Part shown: positions 29,007-38,685 of the stretch, piece by piece
How positions within the stretch are numbered: the first letter of the stretch is position 1
How the letters are laid out: each line of letters begins with the position of its first letter
Assembly (NCBI GenBank): GCA_964352445.1
Contig: CAYGSO010000004.1
Location: 8,312-72,311 of the forward strand
Direction: 5' to 3'
From: an uncultured Pseudohongiella sp.
GTDB taxonomy: Bacteria > Pseudomonadota > Gammaproteobacteria > Pseudomonadales > Pseudohongiellaceae
Length of the DNA stretch: 64,000 nt
Made by a program: the position numbers and the translations under genes
The notes under the pieces: model-generated
Seen by the model: the letters and a program-made list of their open reading frames with translations, nothing else
The model's database searches: none
Told to the model about the DNA's origin: nothing

Positions 29007-30077
29007 CTAGCGAGGACGATAGTTCTGCAGGGTTTTGATGATAACAGTCATTACTCGACGATTATCCGCACGACCCGCTTCTGTGTCATTGGACGCAATC
29101 GGCTGAGATTCACCAAATCCTTTGCTGCTGATTCGAGATCCGACCATGCCGAACCGGCTAATCATTACTTGCCTTACAGCAGCGGCTCGCCGCTCAGACA
29201 AGGCTAGGTTGTAATCCTCGGCACCGCGTGAATCGGTGTGACCTTCAAGCTCAACGATGACGTCAGGGTATTGTGCCATGAAATCTGTTACTTCTTTGAT
29301 TTCGTCAAAATACTCTGCCTTAACATCGGATTGATCAAAGTCGAAATAGACTTCAAGCTCAACTCGGGCAACTTCTTCCACTGGGATCGGGCAGCCAGAG
29401 CTATCCACTGCGTAGTTTCTTGGCGTTTCAGGGCAGCGGTCGGCAGAATCGGCTACGCCGTCTTGGTCAGCATCAGCGATGGTTCTCGCTGGGACTGGTG
29501 CTGCCGCTGGTGCTGCTGGAGCACTTGGCGCGGCGGGACGAGACGCTGTGCGAGGAGCGGCCTTGCCGCCGAAGCGAAAAACCAAGGCAGAATCGATGCC
29601 AAAGTCAGAATCTTCAAAATCACGGTCTAAGTAGTTGTAGTTTCGAACAGCGGTTCTCCACTCTAGATTCTTAGTGATCTCGATTTTCAAACCAGCGCCG
29701 TAGTCAAATGTCATTTCGTTGTTAGCTTCAAATCGCGTATTGCCGACCCCACCTACTATAAAGGGTGTAAAACCAGCGATTTTGGTATCAAAACTGTAAA
29801 GCGCATTAACCTTCCAATGGTCAATCTCAACTTGAGTGTTGTTAGGAAGCTCTGGATCCAAATCAAAGATGCTGAATTCCGCGCTCAGACGGTCAGTAAA
29901 ATCATAACCTAGACCCAGAAAGTAGCCTGTATCGTTATCAAGGTTAACCGTGTTATCAAATTCCATCCATTGCAGGCCTGGTGCGATGTAGAACTGGCCC
30001 TCCTCGCCATTTGATGTTGCAACAGCAAATGGCAGTGAAAGCGCTAATAGGGATTGAATGGTTCGACGCATAGACAT
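29007..30077 (-). CDS. OmpA-family outer membrane porin (OprF-like)
   Basis: Signal peptide and an N-terminal beta-barrel region. Pro/Ala-rich hinge (APSAPAAPAAAPVPA) and a TSP3-like DADQDGVADSADRCP. C-terminal OmpA domain (GHTDSRG...NRRV). Confidence 0.8.
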   Translation of the reverse strand: MSMRRTIQSLLALSLPFAVATSNGEEGQFYIAPGLQWMEFDNTVNLDNDTGYFLGLGYDFTDRLSAEFSIFDLDPELPNNTQVEIDHWKVNALYSFDTKIAGFTPFIVGGVGNTRFEANNEMTFDYGAGLKIEITKNLEWRTAVRNYNYLDRDFEDSDFGIDSALVFRFGGKAAPRTASRPAAPSAPAAPAAAPVPARTIADADQDGVADSADRCPETPRNYAVDSSGCPIPVEEVARVELEVYFDFDQSDVKAEYFDEIKEVTDFMAQYPDVIVELEGHTDSRGAEDYNLALSERRAAAVRQVMISRFGMVGSRISSKGFGESQPIASNDTEAGRADNRRVMTVIIKTLQNYRPR

Positions 30078-30360
30078 AGTTTTTTCCAAAAAAATTTCAG
30101 TGGGTGTAACGAGGCAGCATTATATCAGTTGCTACAAAATACTCATCGGATAGATGCAATAAAGTGTGATTTCCACCCCAAAATGCCCTTATTTGACACT
30201 TAAACCGGGCCAAAAGCCGGTTTAGGGACAAAAAGAAGGCATAGCGATGGGAGTGTCATAAGATTACAATACTGTTTTGTTACCCTGATAAGACGAAAGA
30301 AGCTTGGGTTTAGCTGTAGCTTCGCTGAATTTCCTGTAAATCCATCTGAATAGGCTTTAA

Positions 30361-31716
30361 TTGTTGCAAAACTGGCGCAAGGAAATAAAACGCTTACTGC
30401 TGATTTTGGCAGCGGTAGCAGCGGTAGGTCTAATGAGCGGTCAATTGGCGCCCGTTCTAACCATCGCGCTGCTCATATACTCGGCTCACAACCTCTATCA
30501 GCTATACCGCATGTACAGCTGGTTGGAACAAGCGCCTTCGGCTTCAGATTCCGCACCCCCTGAAAGCTTCGGTTTGTGGGGCGACATTTTCGACGGGATT
30601 TACCGCCTTCAGAAACAAGAGCGTAAAGCCAGCGCCTACCTAGAAAACATCATCAATAAAGCCCAAGAGTCTTCAGCTGCATTAGAAATGGCGGTCATCG
30701 TCATCGACAAGCAGAACAACTTAGACTGGTGGAACCGAGCAAGCGAATCAATGTTGGGCCTGAAGTACCCGCAAGATCGCAAGCTGCCGGTAACCAACTT
30801 AATCCGCAACCCAAGATTTGCCGAGTATTTCCACACGGAAATTTACGACGACCCCTTAAAGATAAGCGCCCCTGGTGACAGCCGTAAAATGCTCGAATAT
30901 CAAATAGCCCTGTTTGGCGAGCACGAGCGCTTGATGATAGTCAGAGACATCACTCAACTGCACAGGCTGGAGCTGATGCGCAAAGACTTCGTCGGCAATG
31001 TATCCCACGAATTGGGCACTCCTATTACTGTGATCAAGGGTTATTTGGAGGCGATTATAGACAATATTGACGGCCTTGAAGAAAGATGGCGTAAACCAAT
31101 GATACAGATGCACCAGCAGTCCAATCGCATGGAAGCCATCGTCAGGGACCTGTTACTTTTGTCCACATTGGAAACCCGCACCCTTACAAAACATCAGGAC
31201 GTTATCGATCTCAACAAACTGTTTGCTGAAATCAAAAATGACACCCAAAGTATTTTTCAAAAGCGCTCCCATGAATTTATTATCGACTGCCCTGCTGGGC
31301 TTAAGTTAAAGGGCGCCCGCAGCGAGCTGTACAGCGCTATCTCAAATCTCGCTGTTAACTCCGCAAAGTACACGCCTGAGGATGGTGTGATTGTAGTAAA
31401 AGCATCGGAAAACAAAAGCCACATTCTAATCGAGGTGATTGATAACGGCATTGGCATCGAGTCTCAACATATTCCGAGACTCACGGAGAGATTTTACCGC
31501 GTGGACTCAAGCCGCTCTTCGGAAACTGGCGGCACCGGGCTTGGTTTGGCCATTGTGAAACACATTGTGGCAAGACATGACGGTGAGTTGGAGATTGAAA
31601 GTGAACTTGGCCGCGGCAGCAATTTTATCTGCAAGATTCCTATCTCGCGGAAAGTTATTGACGTCAGTACTGTCGATAAATCCGATCAGCATCAGTTAGA
31701 AACCACTGCCATCTAA
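30361..31716 (+). CDS. phoR: phosphate regulon sensor histidine kinase PhoR
   Basis: Two N-terminal TM helices, a PAS region, an H-box FVGNVSHELGTPITVIKGY, and N/G boxes (NSAKYT, DNGIGI, GGTGLGLAIV). It lies next to pst-phoU. TTG start. Confidence 0.85.
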   Translation: MLQNWRKEIKRLLLILAAVAAVGLMSGQLAPVLTIALLIYSAHNLYQLYRMYSWLEQAPSASDSAPPESFGLWGDIFDGIYRLQKQERKASAYLENIINKAQESSAALEMAVIVIDKQNNLDWWNRASESMLGLKYPQDRKLPVTNLIRNPRFAEYFHTEIYDDPLKISAPGDSRKMLEYQIALFGEHERLMIVRDITQLHRLELMRKDFVGNVSHELGTPITVIKGYLEAIIDNIDGLEERWRKPMIQMHQQSNRMEAIVRDLLLLSTLETRTLTKHQDVIDLNKLFAEIKNDTQSIFQKRSHEFIIDCPAGLKLKGARSELYSAISNLAVNSAKYTPEDGVIVVKASENKSHILIEVIDNGIGIESQHIPRLTERFYRVDSSRSSETGGTGLGLAIVKHIVARHDGELEIESELGRGSNFICKIPISRKVIDVSTVDKSDQHQLETTAI

Positions 31717-31778
31717 GCTCTTCACAGCCCTTAAAAACCCTAGCCCGTAAAAGCCATGGCTAATAAAAAACATAGCGC

Positions 31779-32501
31779 CTAATCGATGTAGTTATCCGGT
31801 TTCTCCGGTTTTTCATGCCTGATGTCTTTGCCTTTCACAAGATAGACTACGTGTTCTGAGATATTGTTGGCATGGTCGCCGATTCGCTCTAGCGCACGCA
31901 GTGCCCACAGTATATTAAGCACTCTGGTTATGCTGCGCGGATCTTCCATCATATGGGTGATCATTGAGCGCATTGCGCTTCTGTATTCCATGTCCACTTC
32001 TAAATCGGCCTTAGTAATTTCAGCTGCAGCTTCAGCATCAAACCGAGCGAAGGCATCCAATGACATGCTGACCATTTTCTGAACCTTGCTGCCAATATTC
32101 TTAAATTCGACAAACAGCGAGGGAAACTCACCTTCTTCGGAGAGTTTAACTGCCGTCCTCGCGATCTTAGATGCCTCATCGCCTATGCGCTCCAAATCCC
32201 GAATAGTTTTAATTATAGCGAGCACCAGCCGTAAATCACTGGCGGCAGGCTGACGCCTGGCAATAATCAAATTACACTCTTCGTCTATCTGCATTTCCAT
32301 GGAATCTATTTCGTCATCGTCTTTGCCAACTTTCACGCCTAAGCTACTGTCTGCTGAAATAACAGCCTCCAGCGCGTCAGCGAGCTGGCGCTCAACCATT
32401 CCGCCCATTTCCATCATATGCCCTTTGACTTCTTCAAGGTCAGCATTGAATTGTTGAGAAATGTGTAAGCTATGCCCTTCCGCCTGCGATCCCATAATCA
32501 T
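31779..32501 (-). CDS. phoU: phosphate signalling complex protein PhoU
   Basis: Duplicated PhoU repeats with the E(R)IGD motif present twice. It is the last gene of the pst operon. Confidence 0.9.
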   Translation of the reverse strand: MIMGSQAEGHSLHISQQFNADLEEVKGHMMEMGGMVERQLADALEAVISADSSLGVKVGKDDDEIDSMEMQIDEECNLIIARRQPAASDLRLVLAIIKTIRDLERIGDEASKIARTAVKLSEEGEFPSLFVEFKNIGSKVQKMVSMSLDAFARFDAEAAAEITKADLEVDMEYRSAMRSMITHMMEDPRSITRVLNILWALRALERIGDHANNISEHVVYLVKGKDIRHEKPEKPDNYID

Positions 32502-32537
32502 TCCTTTAATAATTAGTCCTATACTGTCAATAGCATT

Positions 32538-33392
32538 CTAGCCATAACGACCGGTGATATAGTCTTCGGTTTGTTTCTCCGACGGATTAGTAAAAAGCCG
32601 ATCCGTCGTGTCAAATTCAACCATGTCACCCATATTTAGAAATGCTGTAAAATCTGACACTCGTGCGGCTTGCTGCATATTGTGAGTTACGATAACAATG
32701 GTGTAGCTCTCTTTTAACTCCGTAATTAGCTCTTCAATTTTTAAAGTAGAAATTGGATCAAGGGCTGATGCCGGTTCGTCGAGCAATAACACTTCCGGCT
32801 CAACTGCAATCGTTCTCGCAATCACTAAACGTTGCTGTTGACCGCCCGAAAGACTCATCGCATTTTCATGCAAGCGATCTTTTACTTCGTCCCACAATGC
32901 CGCCGCTTGCAGGGAATCTTCGACTATTTCATCCAACCGTCTCTTAGAATTTATTCCTTGAATGCGAAGTCCATAGGCCACGTTTTCATAAATTGATTTC
33001 GGAAACGGGTTAGGTTTTTGAAATACCATGCCCACCCTGCGTCTCAGCTCAGCAACATCAACTGATTTTGCATAGATATCCTCATCATCAAGTTTTATCG
33101 AACCGCTAATGACACAGTCATCAATCAAATCATTCAAGCGGTTAAAGCAACGTAGCAGACTGGATTTCCCGCAGCCGCTGGGGCCAATAAACGCAGTGAC
33201 CTGCTGCTTAGGGATAGCCAAGTTTATAGAGTTCAAGGCTTTGTTGCCGGAGGTGTAGACTAACGACAAATTCTCTACTGCCAGGCAACTGGGAAGCCCT
33301 TCAGCTGGATTTTTCAACAGGCGCTTCGGTTGCGCAGTGCTTGATTCATCGCCAGACAGCGCCGCACTAGTTATTTTTGACGGTTCGTTCAT
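32538..33392 (-). CDS. pstB: phosphate ABC transporter ATP-binding protein PstB
   Basis: [24 protein letters not shown] and the C-terminal [10 protein letters not shown] are typical of PstB. Confidence 0.9.
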   Translation of the reverse strand: MNEPSKITSAALSGDESSTAQPKRLLKNPAEGLPSCLAVENLSLVYTSGNKALNSINLAIPKQQVTAFIGPSGCGKSSLLRCFNRLNDLIDDCVISGSIKLDDEDIYAKSVDVAELRRRVGMVFQKPNPFPKSIYENVAYGLRIQGINSKRRLDEIVEDSLQAAALWDEVKDRLHENAMSLSGGQQQRLVIARTIAVEPEVLLLDEPASALDPISTLKIEELITELKESYTIVIVTHNMQQAARVSDFTAFLNMGDMVEFDTTDRLFTNPSEKQTEDYITGRYG

Positions 33393-33413
33393 AAGTACTC
33401 ACGGCAACTAAGC

Positions 33414-35105
33414 TTATACATCTAATGACTTATATTTTTCTCGTAAATGATTGCGTAGCGCTACTGCGCCAATGTTCAGTGTAGCAATTACTGCTACCAA
33501 TAAGAATGCCGTTGCAAAAACTAAAGGCGTCGCGGCGTCGATATTGGGGCTTTGAAAGGCCACGTCATATATATGGAAGCCTAGATGCATAAATTTTTGG
33601 TCCAAATGCAAATAGGGATAATATTGGTCAACCGGCAGACTTGGTGCAAGTTTCACAACCCCTACCAGCATAAGTGGGGCAACTTCACCGGCCGCTCGAG
33701 CAACCGCCAAAATTAAACCAGTCATCATCGCTGGGCTTGCCATAGGCAATACCACCCGCCACAGAGTCTCAAATTTTGTAGCCCCCAGTGCGAGGCTTCC
33801 CTCACGCACTGAAGCGGGGATTCTGGCCAATCCCTCTTCAGTGGCGACAATTACAACTGGCACGGTTAACAAGGCCAGAGTTAAAGAAGCCCACAGCAGC
33901 CCCGGTGTGCCAAATGTTGGCGAGGGTAAATTGTCGCTATAAAAACCCTGATCAATCTCAGCGCCGACGAAATAGACAAAAAATCCAAGCCCGAACACCC
34001 CATATACAATGGAAGGCACCCCGGCCAGATTATTCACAGCGATTCTAACCAGCTGGGTAAAAAAACCTTGACGGGCATATTCCCGCAAGTAAACCGCTGC
34101 GATCACTCCCAAGGGCGTCACGATAACCGACATTAGCAGCACCATCATGACTGTGCCAAAAATAGCGGGATAAACTCCACCCTCTGTATTTGCCTCTCTC
34201 GGCTGGGCAGTCAAGAACTCTGCAATTCTCGAGAAAAACACATCGAGCTTGCCCGCTAGAGTTAGCTTGTTAGGCTGATACGCCCTAACAATATCAATCA
34301 GGGCAATGGTCACCGCATCACCATTGGCTGCCATAAACTCGGCTGAGTACTTCGCCGCTTGCTCTTCCAAACTAAGCAGCCGCAGCCTGAGTATCTCATA
34401 CTCAGAGTCAAGCACGTTTCTCATCGTCGAAACCGCTGCCAATTCAACAGCGTTAGCCCCGCTCGCCTCTAGGTGATTTTTTTCTTCACCGAGCAAGACC
34501 TGCATGCGATAGTTGATATCCGCCAATTGTCTTGTTTCAATTTCACCGATTTGATCCTGAATATCTCTAACCTTGGACAAGCGAGTATTAAACTCCTGCC
34601 ACAGTTGGCTAAACTCTGCCGAGTCCTCAGCGGCGACTGTCTGTCCGCTTTCCGAAACACTTATCAAAAACCCGTAGAAATTTCCCCACTCGGTTCGCTC
34701 CAGAGTGACTAAGTCTATCGGATAGCGAATATCGACTAAGAAATCGCTGATCAGCCAGACGAAATCTGTCCCCGTAATGTCTCGATTGCCAAGCTTAAGC
34801 AATTGCCTTTGCACGACATCTGCGTCGGGATTTATCCGGATCCCGGTTGCAGCAACTTGTTGCGCACTGACTGTTTCAGTATCAATCAACTCTCCAACTA
34901 CTTCTTCCTGCAACACGTCGCCGGCATCAGATACTGCCGAATAATTGGCCTGAACAACTTCAGCAGGCCAGAAATGACTCGCCGATCTGAATGCTAGCAA
35001 CGCAATAATCCCAACCACCATTAGAAGGCTAGTGGCGACGCATGCGGCACTTATCCAAATCCAAGGCAGGCCACTGCTGCTCCATTTCAATAGGCGACTA
35101 GTCAT
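33414..35105 (-). CDS. pstA: phosphate ABC transporter permease PstA (long form)
   Basis: C-terminal PstA permease core with the EAA-type loop (EGSLALGATKFETLWRVVLP). An N-terminal TM plus a ~270-aa extra domain. Overlaps pstC by 4 nt. Confidence 0.85.
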   Translation of the reverse strand: MTSRLLKWSSSGLPWIWISAACVATSLLMVVGIIALLAFRSASHFWPAEVVQANYSAVSDAGDVLQEEVVGELIDTETVSAQQVAATGIRINPDADVVQRQLLKLGNRDITGTDFVWLISDFLVDIRYPIDLVTLERTEWGNFYGFLISVSESGQTVAAEDSAEFSQLWQEFNTRLSKVRDIQDQIGEIETRQLADINYRMQVLLGEEKNHLEASGANAVELAAVSTMRNVLDSEYEILRLRLLSLEEQAAKYSAEFMAANGDAVTIALIDIVRAYQPNKLTLAGKLDVFFSRIAEFLTAQPREANTEGGVYPAIFGTVMMVLLMSVIVTPLGVIAAVYLREYARQGFFTQLVRIAVNNLAGVPSIVYGVFGLGFFVYFVGAEIDQGFYSDNLPSPTFGTPGLLWASLTLALLTVPVVIVATEEGLARIPASVREGSLALGATKFETLWRVVLPMASPAMMTGLILAVARAAGEVAPLMLVGVVKLAPSLPVDQYYPYLHLDQKFMHLGFHIYDVAFQSPNIDAATPLVFATAFLLVAVIATLNIGAVALRNHLREKYKSLDV

Positions 35106-37405
35106 AGATTTATATATTTCCGTCTCAGTCTTTGCCTAATTATCTCAGCCAGCGTGTTGACTATAAATGTGAATAGGAACAGACACATTGCCGCTAGAAA
35201 TAGAATCCGATAATGGCTGCTACCAACCTCAGACTCTGGCACTTCCACCGCGATATTCGCAGCCAGTGTGCGCATTCCCTCGAACAGACTGAAATCGATT
35301 ACTGGCGTATTTCCGGTTGCCATAAGAACGATCATGGTCTCGCCAACTGCACGGCCTAAACCAATCATCACTGCGCTGAAAATGCCGGGGCTAGCCATAG
35401 GCAACACCACATAGAACAGCGACTGCCAGGCTGTAGCACCCAACGCTAAGGAGCCATCACTTAGATGCTTTGGCACGCTAAAAATCGCATCTTCTGCTAT
35501 GGAGTAAATCGTAGGAATTACAGCAAAGCCCATAGCAAAACCTACTATCATGGCGTTACGCTCATTGTAGCTAATGCCGTACTGCTGACTCAGCCAGTCT
35601 TGCAGGCTGCCATCAAAGAAAACAGATTCCAAAGGCGACCCTAAGGCCAAAGAGATGGCGACAATTGCTAGGATGATTGGAATGAGTAATATGGCCTCCC
35701 AACCATCTGACAGCCAAAGTCGAATCTGCTTGGGCGCAATAAACCACAGGAAACTACAAATACCTATGCCAAGCGGCATAAATAGCAACAGACTAAGTAT
35801 GCCCAGCAAATTCGATTCGACGAATGGTGCCAGCCACAAACCCGCTAAAAACCCCAGCACGACTGTCGGCAGTGCTTCCATTAATTCAATCAATGGCTTT
35901 ACTGATCTGCGCAGTGCAGGCGCCATAAAGTATCCCGTATAGATAGCCGCGCAGATGGCAAGCGGGGTAGCAAACAACATCGCGTAGAACGCCGCTTTTA
36001 ATGTGCCAAAAGTAAGCGGTACAAGTGAAAATTTTGGCTCAAAGTCATTGCTCGCAGAAGACGACTGCCAGATGTAATCAGGCTGGGGATAACTTTCATA
36101 CCAAACACGATTCCACAGCGCGGAGAACGACACTTCGGGATGGGGGTTGTCGACACTCCAGTAACTAATACTGTTATTCGGAAGCTCGGCCAAAAGTCGA
36201 GTTCCTCTTGGCGAGATCACTAACGCTTTAGGCTGAGCTGCAAACAGCGATTGCTTAAAAACTGTTGAGTTGGCGGTCGTATTGTACAGCGCCAAATTTC
36301 CCGCGCTGTCGGTGGCGGCAAAGTTTTTGCGCCGCTGTTCTGATGCGGTACTGCCAATAGCCGCAGCTGCCAATTCAAACTCTCTGATCTTGACTAATTC
36401 AGCCCCATCTTCACCTCGAACGGCAAACCACTGCGCTATGGCTCCTTCATCTGTTGCAACCAGCAAAGACAACTCTCCAACAAGGAAGCGGATAGTGGTG
36501 ATTGCGCTTTCGCCGCCCCTTAAGTTAGCCTGATTTACCAGTTCAAGAGATTGCTTGGCGAATGTGCCCTTGATGTCAAACAGCGACGCCAGCCCCCCAT
36601 CGGAAACTTGAATCAGAAATCTACCGTCACCGCCGATGAATAGCTGGCCTGGTGTGTCAATGGTTGTATTCAGCGCTTTTACCAAAGACACACGAGTTGG
36701 TGCTGATGCTTCATTTTCATTTTGAGGTGGTGCAACAATTGGAACCTCTAACTGCAATAATTGAAATTCTTGATTAGCGTGACTGGCGGCTATTAGATAG
36801 GCATTGCCAACGAATCTAATTGCTAAGCTTGCTACCGCGCCCAGGCTATTTTCTTGGGGAGGGGCTTCAAACAGTGAGACTATTTTTGCAGAGGCTTCTG
36901 GCTGTTGATTTTCGCCTGAGACGTCTGCTTGCCATGAATACTGTGCCACCACGATACTGCCATCATCCAAGCCCAGCGCGAAGATCCCCGACTCGTCGTT
37001 GTCTAACGCAAAAGCGGTAACAGTTCTGCCCACGGCGATAGGCAAGGGCACTATGTTGAGCACATCCCCGGTAAGCGTGTTTAGCAATAAGGCACTGCCG
37101 GATGAACTCAATCGCAGTGCAGAAAGGCCACGTTCGTTCAATGCCCAATGTAGCGGGGTCGATTCTTCTAATTCAGGAACTCGATACTCTGATAACTGAT
37201 TGACTGTCGCTGATTTAAACAGCGGTAAAATCTCATACAGCAAATAGACGAATATCAGCGAAATCGTCAAAATTACCCCGATTGCGCTGAAAGAAATTAG
37301 CTTGCTCGCAAACAGATCATAATAGTGGCGTCGATGACGGATATCTAGAAGCCGGTCTGTAGGTTGAGTACTATTTTTTTTAGCGCGAGGCTTAATGTTT
37401 GGCAT
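35102..37405 (-). CDS. pstC: phosphate ABC transporter permease PstC (long form)
   Basis: C-terminal permease core (DGSLALGATAWQSLFYVVLP) preceded by a ~430-aa periplasmic extension. Confidence 0.85.
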   Translation of the reverse strand: MPNIKPRAKKNSTQPTDRLLDIRHRRHYYDLFASKLISFSAIGVILTISLIFVYLLYEILPLFKSATVNQLSEYRVPELEESTPLHWALNERGLSALRLSSSGSALLLNTLTGDVLNIVPLPIAVGRTVTAFALDNDESGIFALGLDDGSIVVAQYSWQADVSGENQQPEASAKIVSLFEAPPQENSLGAVASLAIRFVGNAYLIAASHANQEFQLLQLEVPIVAPPQNENEASAPTRVSLVKALNTTIDTPGQLFIGGDGRFLIQVSDGGLASLFDIKGTFAKQSLELVNQANLRGGESAITTIRFLVGELSLLVATDEGAIAQWFAVRGEDGAELVKIREFELAAAAIGSTASEQRRKNFAATDSAGNLALYNTTANSTVFKQSLFAAQPKALVISPRGTRLLAELPNNSISYWSVDNPHPEVSFSALWNRVWYESYPQPDYIWQSSSASNDFEPKFSLVPLTFGTLKAAFYAMLFATPLAICAAIYTGYFMAPALRRSVKPLIELMEALPTVVLGFLAGLWLAPFVESNLLGILSLLLFMPLGIGICSFLWFIAPKQIRLWLSDGWEAILLIPIILAIVAISLALGSPLESVFFDGSLQDWLSQQYGISYNERNAMIVGFAMGFAVIPTIYSIAEDAIFSVPKHLSDGSLALGATAWQSLFYVVLPMASPGIFSAVMIGLGRAVGETMIVLMATGNTPVIDFSLFEGMRTLAANIAVEVPESEVGSSHYRILFLAAMCLFLFTFIVNTLAEIIRQRLRRKYINL

Positions 37406-37438
37406 GGTAGGTTATTTTAGGCGCGTTTTACTCGCGGA

Positions 37439-38413
37439 CTACTCCTGAAGGTTTGCCAAAGTCGAGAGAATCACCGATTCAGGCAAAGGAATGTAGCCGT
37501 CTTTAAGTACGCTTGCCTGCCCGCTGCTCGAGAGAATATAGCGGATGAACTCCCTTTCCAGCTCAGGCACAGGGACACCAGGTGCTTTGTTGATGTAAAC
37601 CAACAGGTAGCGTGCAAGGGGGTAAGCCCCTGTCATGGAGTTGACTGAATTAGCCTCAACAAAGGGTGTATCCTCGTCTAAAGCAATAGGGACTGCTTTC
37701 ACTCCAGAAGTTCTATAGCCAATACCTGAATAGCCAATTCCGTTTAGCGAATTGCTGATAGCTTGAACCACAGAGCCGGAACCCGGCTGCTCGTTTACGG
37801 TGTTCTTAAAATCGCCACCGCACAGCGCAACTTCCTTAAAATACCCATAAGTGCCAGACACTGAATTTCTACCAAACAGCTGAATTTTTTGCCCTTCCCA
37901 AAACCCAGTAACCCCTAAATCTCCCCAGCTAGTTGCGGCCGCATTGGTGCCGCAGCGAAAAGTGGCTGAGAAAATTGCATCGAGCTGCGCGATGGTCAAA
38001 CCTGCTACAGGGTTATCCCGATGAACGTAAACGGCTAAGGAATCTAAAGCAACTGGAATCGCTGTGGGCTTGTAGCCATAGCGGGACTCAAATGCCTGTA
38101 GCTCATTGTCCTTCATGGCTCGGCTCATGGGGCCAATGCTTGCAGTTTGCTCAGTCAGTGCTGGGGGCGCTGTCGATGACCCCGCCGCCTGAATTTGAAT
38201 AATAACGTTGGGGTACTCCCGTTTAAACCCAGTAGCCCAAAGAGTCATTAGGTTGGCCAGAGTATCTGAACCCGCACTGGAGAGAGTTCCCGAAATACCC
38301 TCTACTCGCTGATATTGGTTATTTTCGATTGATTCTTGCGCCCAGCCAAAGCCAGCGACAAAAGCGCTGTAGGCAAAGACGACACCCACTTTGGCTAAAA
38401 TTCTGACTGGCAC
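37439..38413 (-). CDS. pstS: phosphate-binding protein PstS
   Basis: Signal peptide, and GSDTLANLM and GSS/SGTYG motifs of PBP-type phosphate binders. It is the first gene of the pst operon. GTG start. Confidence 0.85.
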   Translation of the reverse strand: MPVRILAKVGVVFAYSAFVAGFGWAQESIENNQYQRVEGISGTLSSAGSDTLANLMTLWATGFKREYPNVIIQIQAAGSSTAPPALTEQTASIGPMSRAMKDNELQAFESRYGYKPTAIPVALDSLAVYVHRDNPVAGLTIAQLDAIFSATFRCGTNAAATSWGDLGVTGFWEGQKIQLFGRNSVSGTYGYFKEVALCGGDFKNTVNEQPGSGSVVQAISNSLNGIGYSGIGYRTSGVKAVPIALDEDTPFVEANSVNSMTGAYPLARYLLVYINKAPGVPVPELEREFIRYILSSSGQASVLKDGYIPLPESVILSTLANLQE

Positions 38414-38460
38414 AGTAAGCTTTTTCCTCGCTGGTGGTTAAAGTAATCGGTAAAGACATG

Positions 38461-38493
38461 CTGTGACGCCTTTATATTACATTAATGTGACAG
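38461..38493 (-). promoter_or_regulatory. candidate Pho box in the pstS promoter (shared divergent region with ppk)
   Basis: The minus strand reads CTGTCAC-atta-ATGTAAT-ataa-AGGCGTC. These are 7-bp repeats at 11-bp periodicity matching CTGTCAT-N4-CTGTCAT at 6/7 and 5/7, located 48-80 bp upstream of the pstS start. Confidence 0.55.
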
Positions 38494-38685
38494 TTTAAAG
38501 AAAACGTCTAAAATGCTATGATCCTTAAACTTTTTGAGTTAAATGTTGATCAGCAGCCGTAAATGTAGCCGCCAGCGAATGATGCCGGCCTGACACTGCC
38601 GGTACTTCAAATGATCACAGCTACTACTCAATATTTACAGCGCACAGCGGTTAAAGCGCACAACAACACTTCGTGGCAATAGAAA

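Noticed and set aside
33414-37405. Unusually long PstA (563 aa) and PstC (767 aa), considered as possible gene fusions or novel domains
   Set aside because: Long-form PstC/PstA with large periplasmic insertions are, to my knowledge, the normal form in Pseudomonas-type pst operons. I therefore treat this as a lineage trait rather than a novelty.
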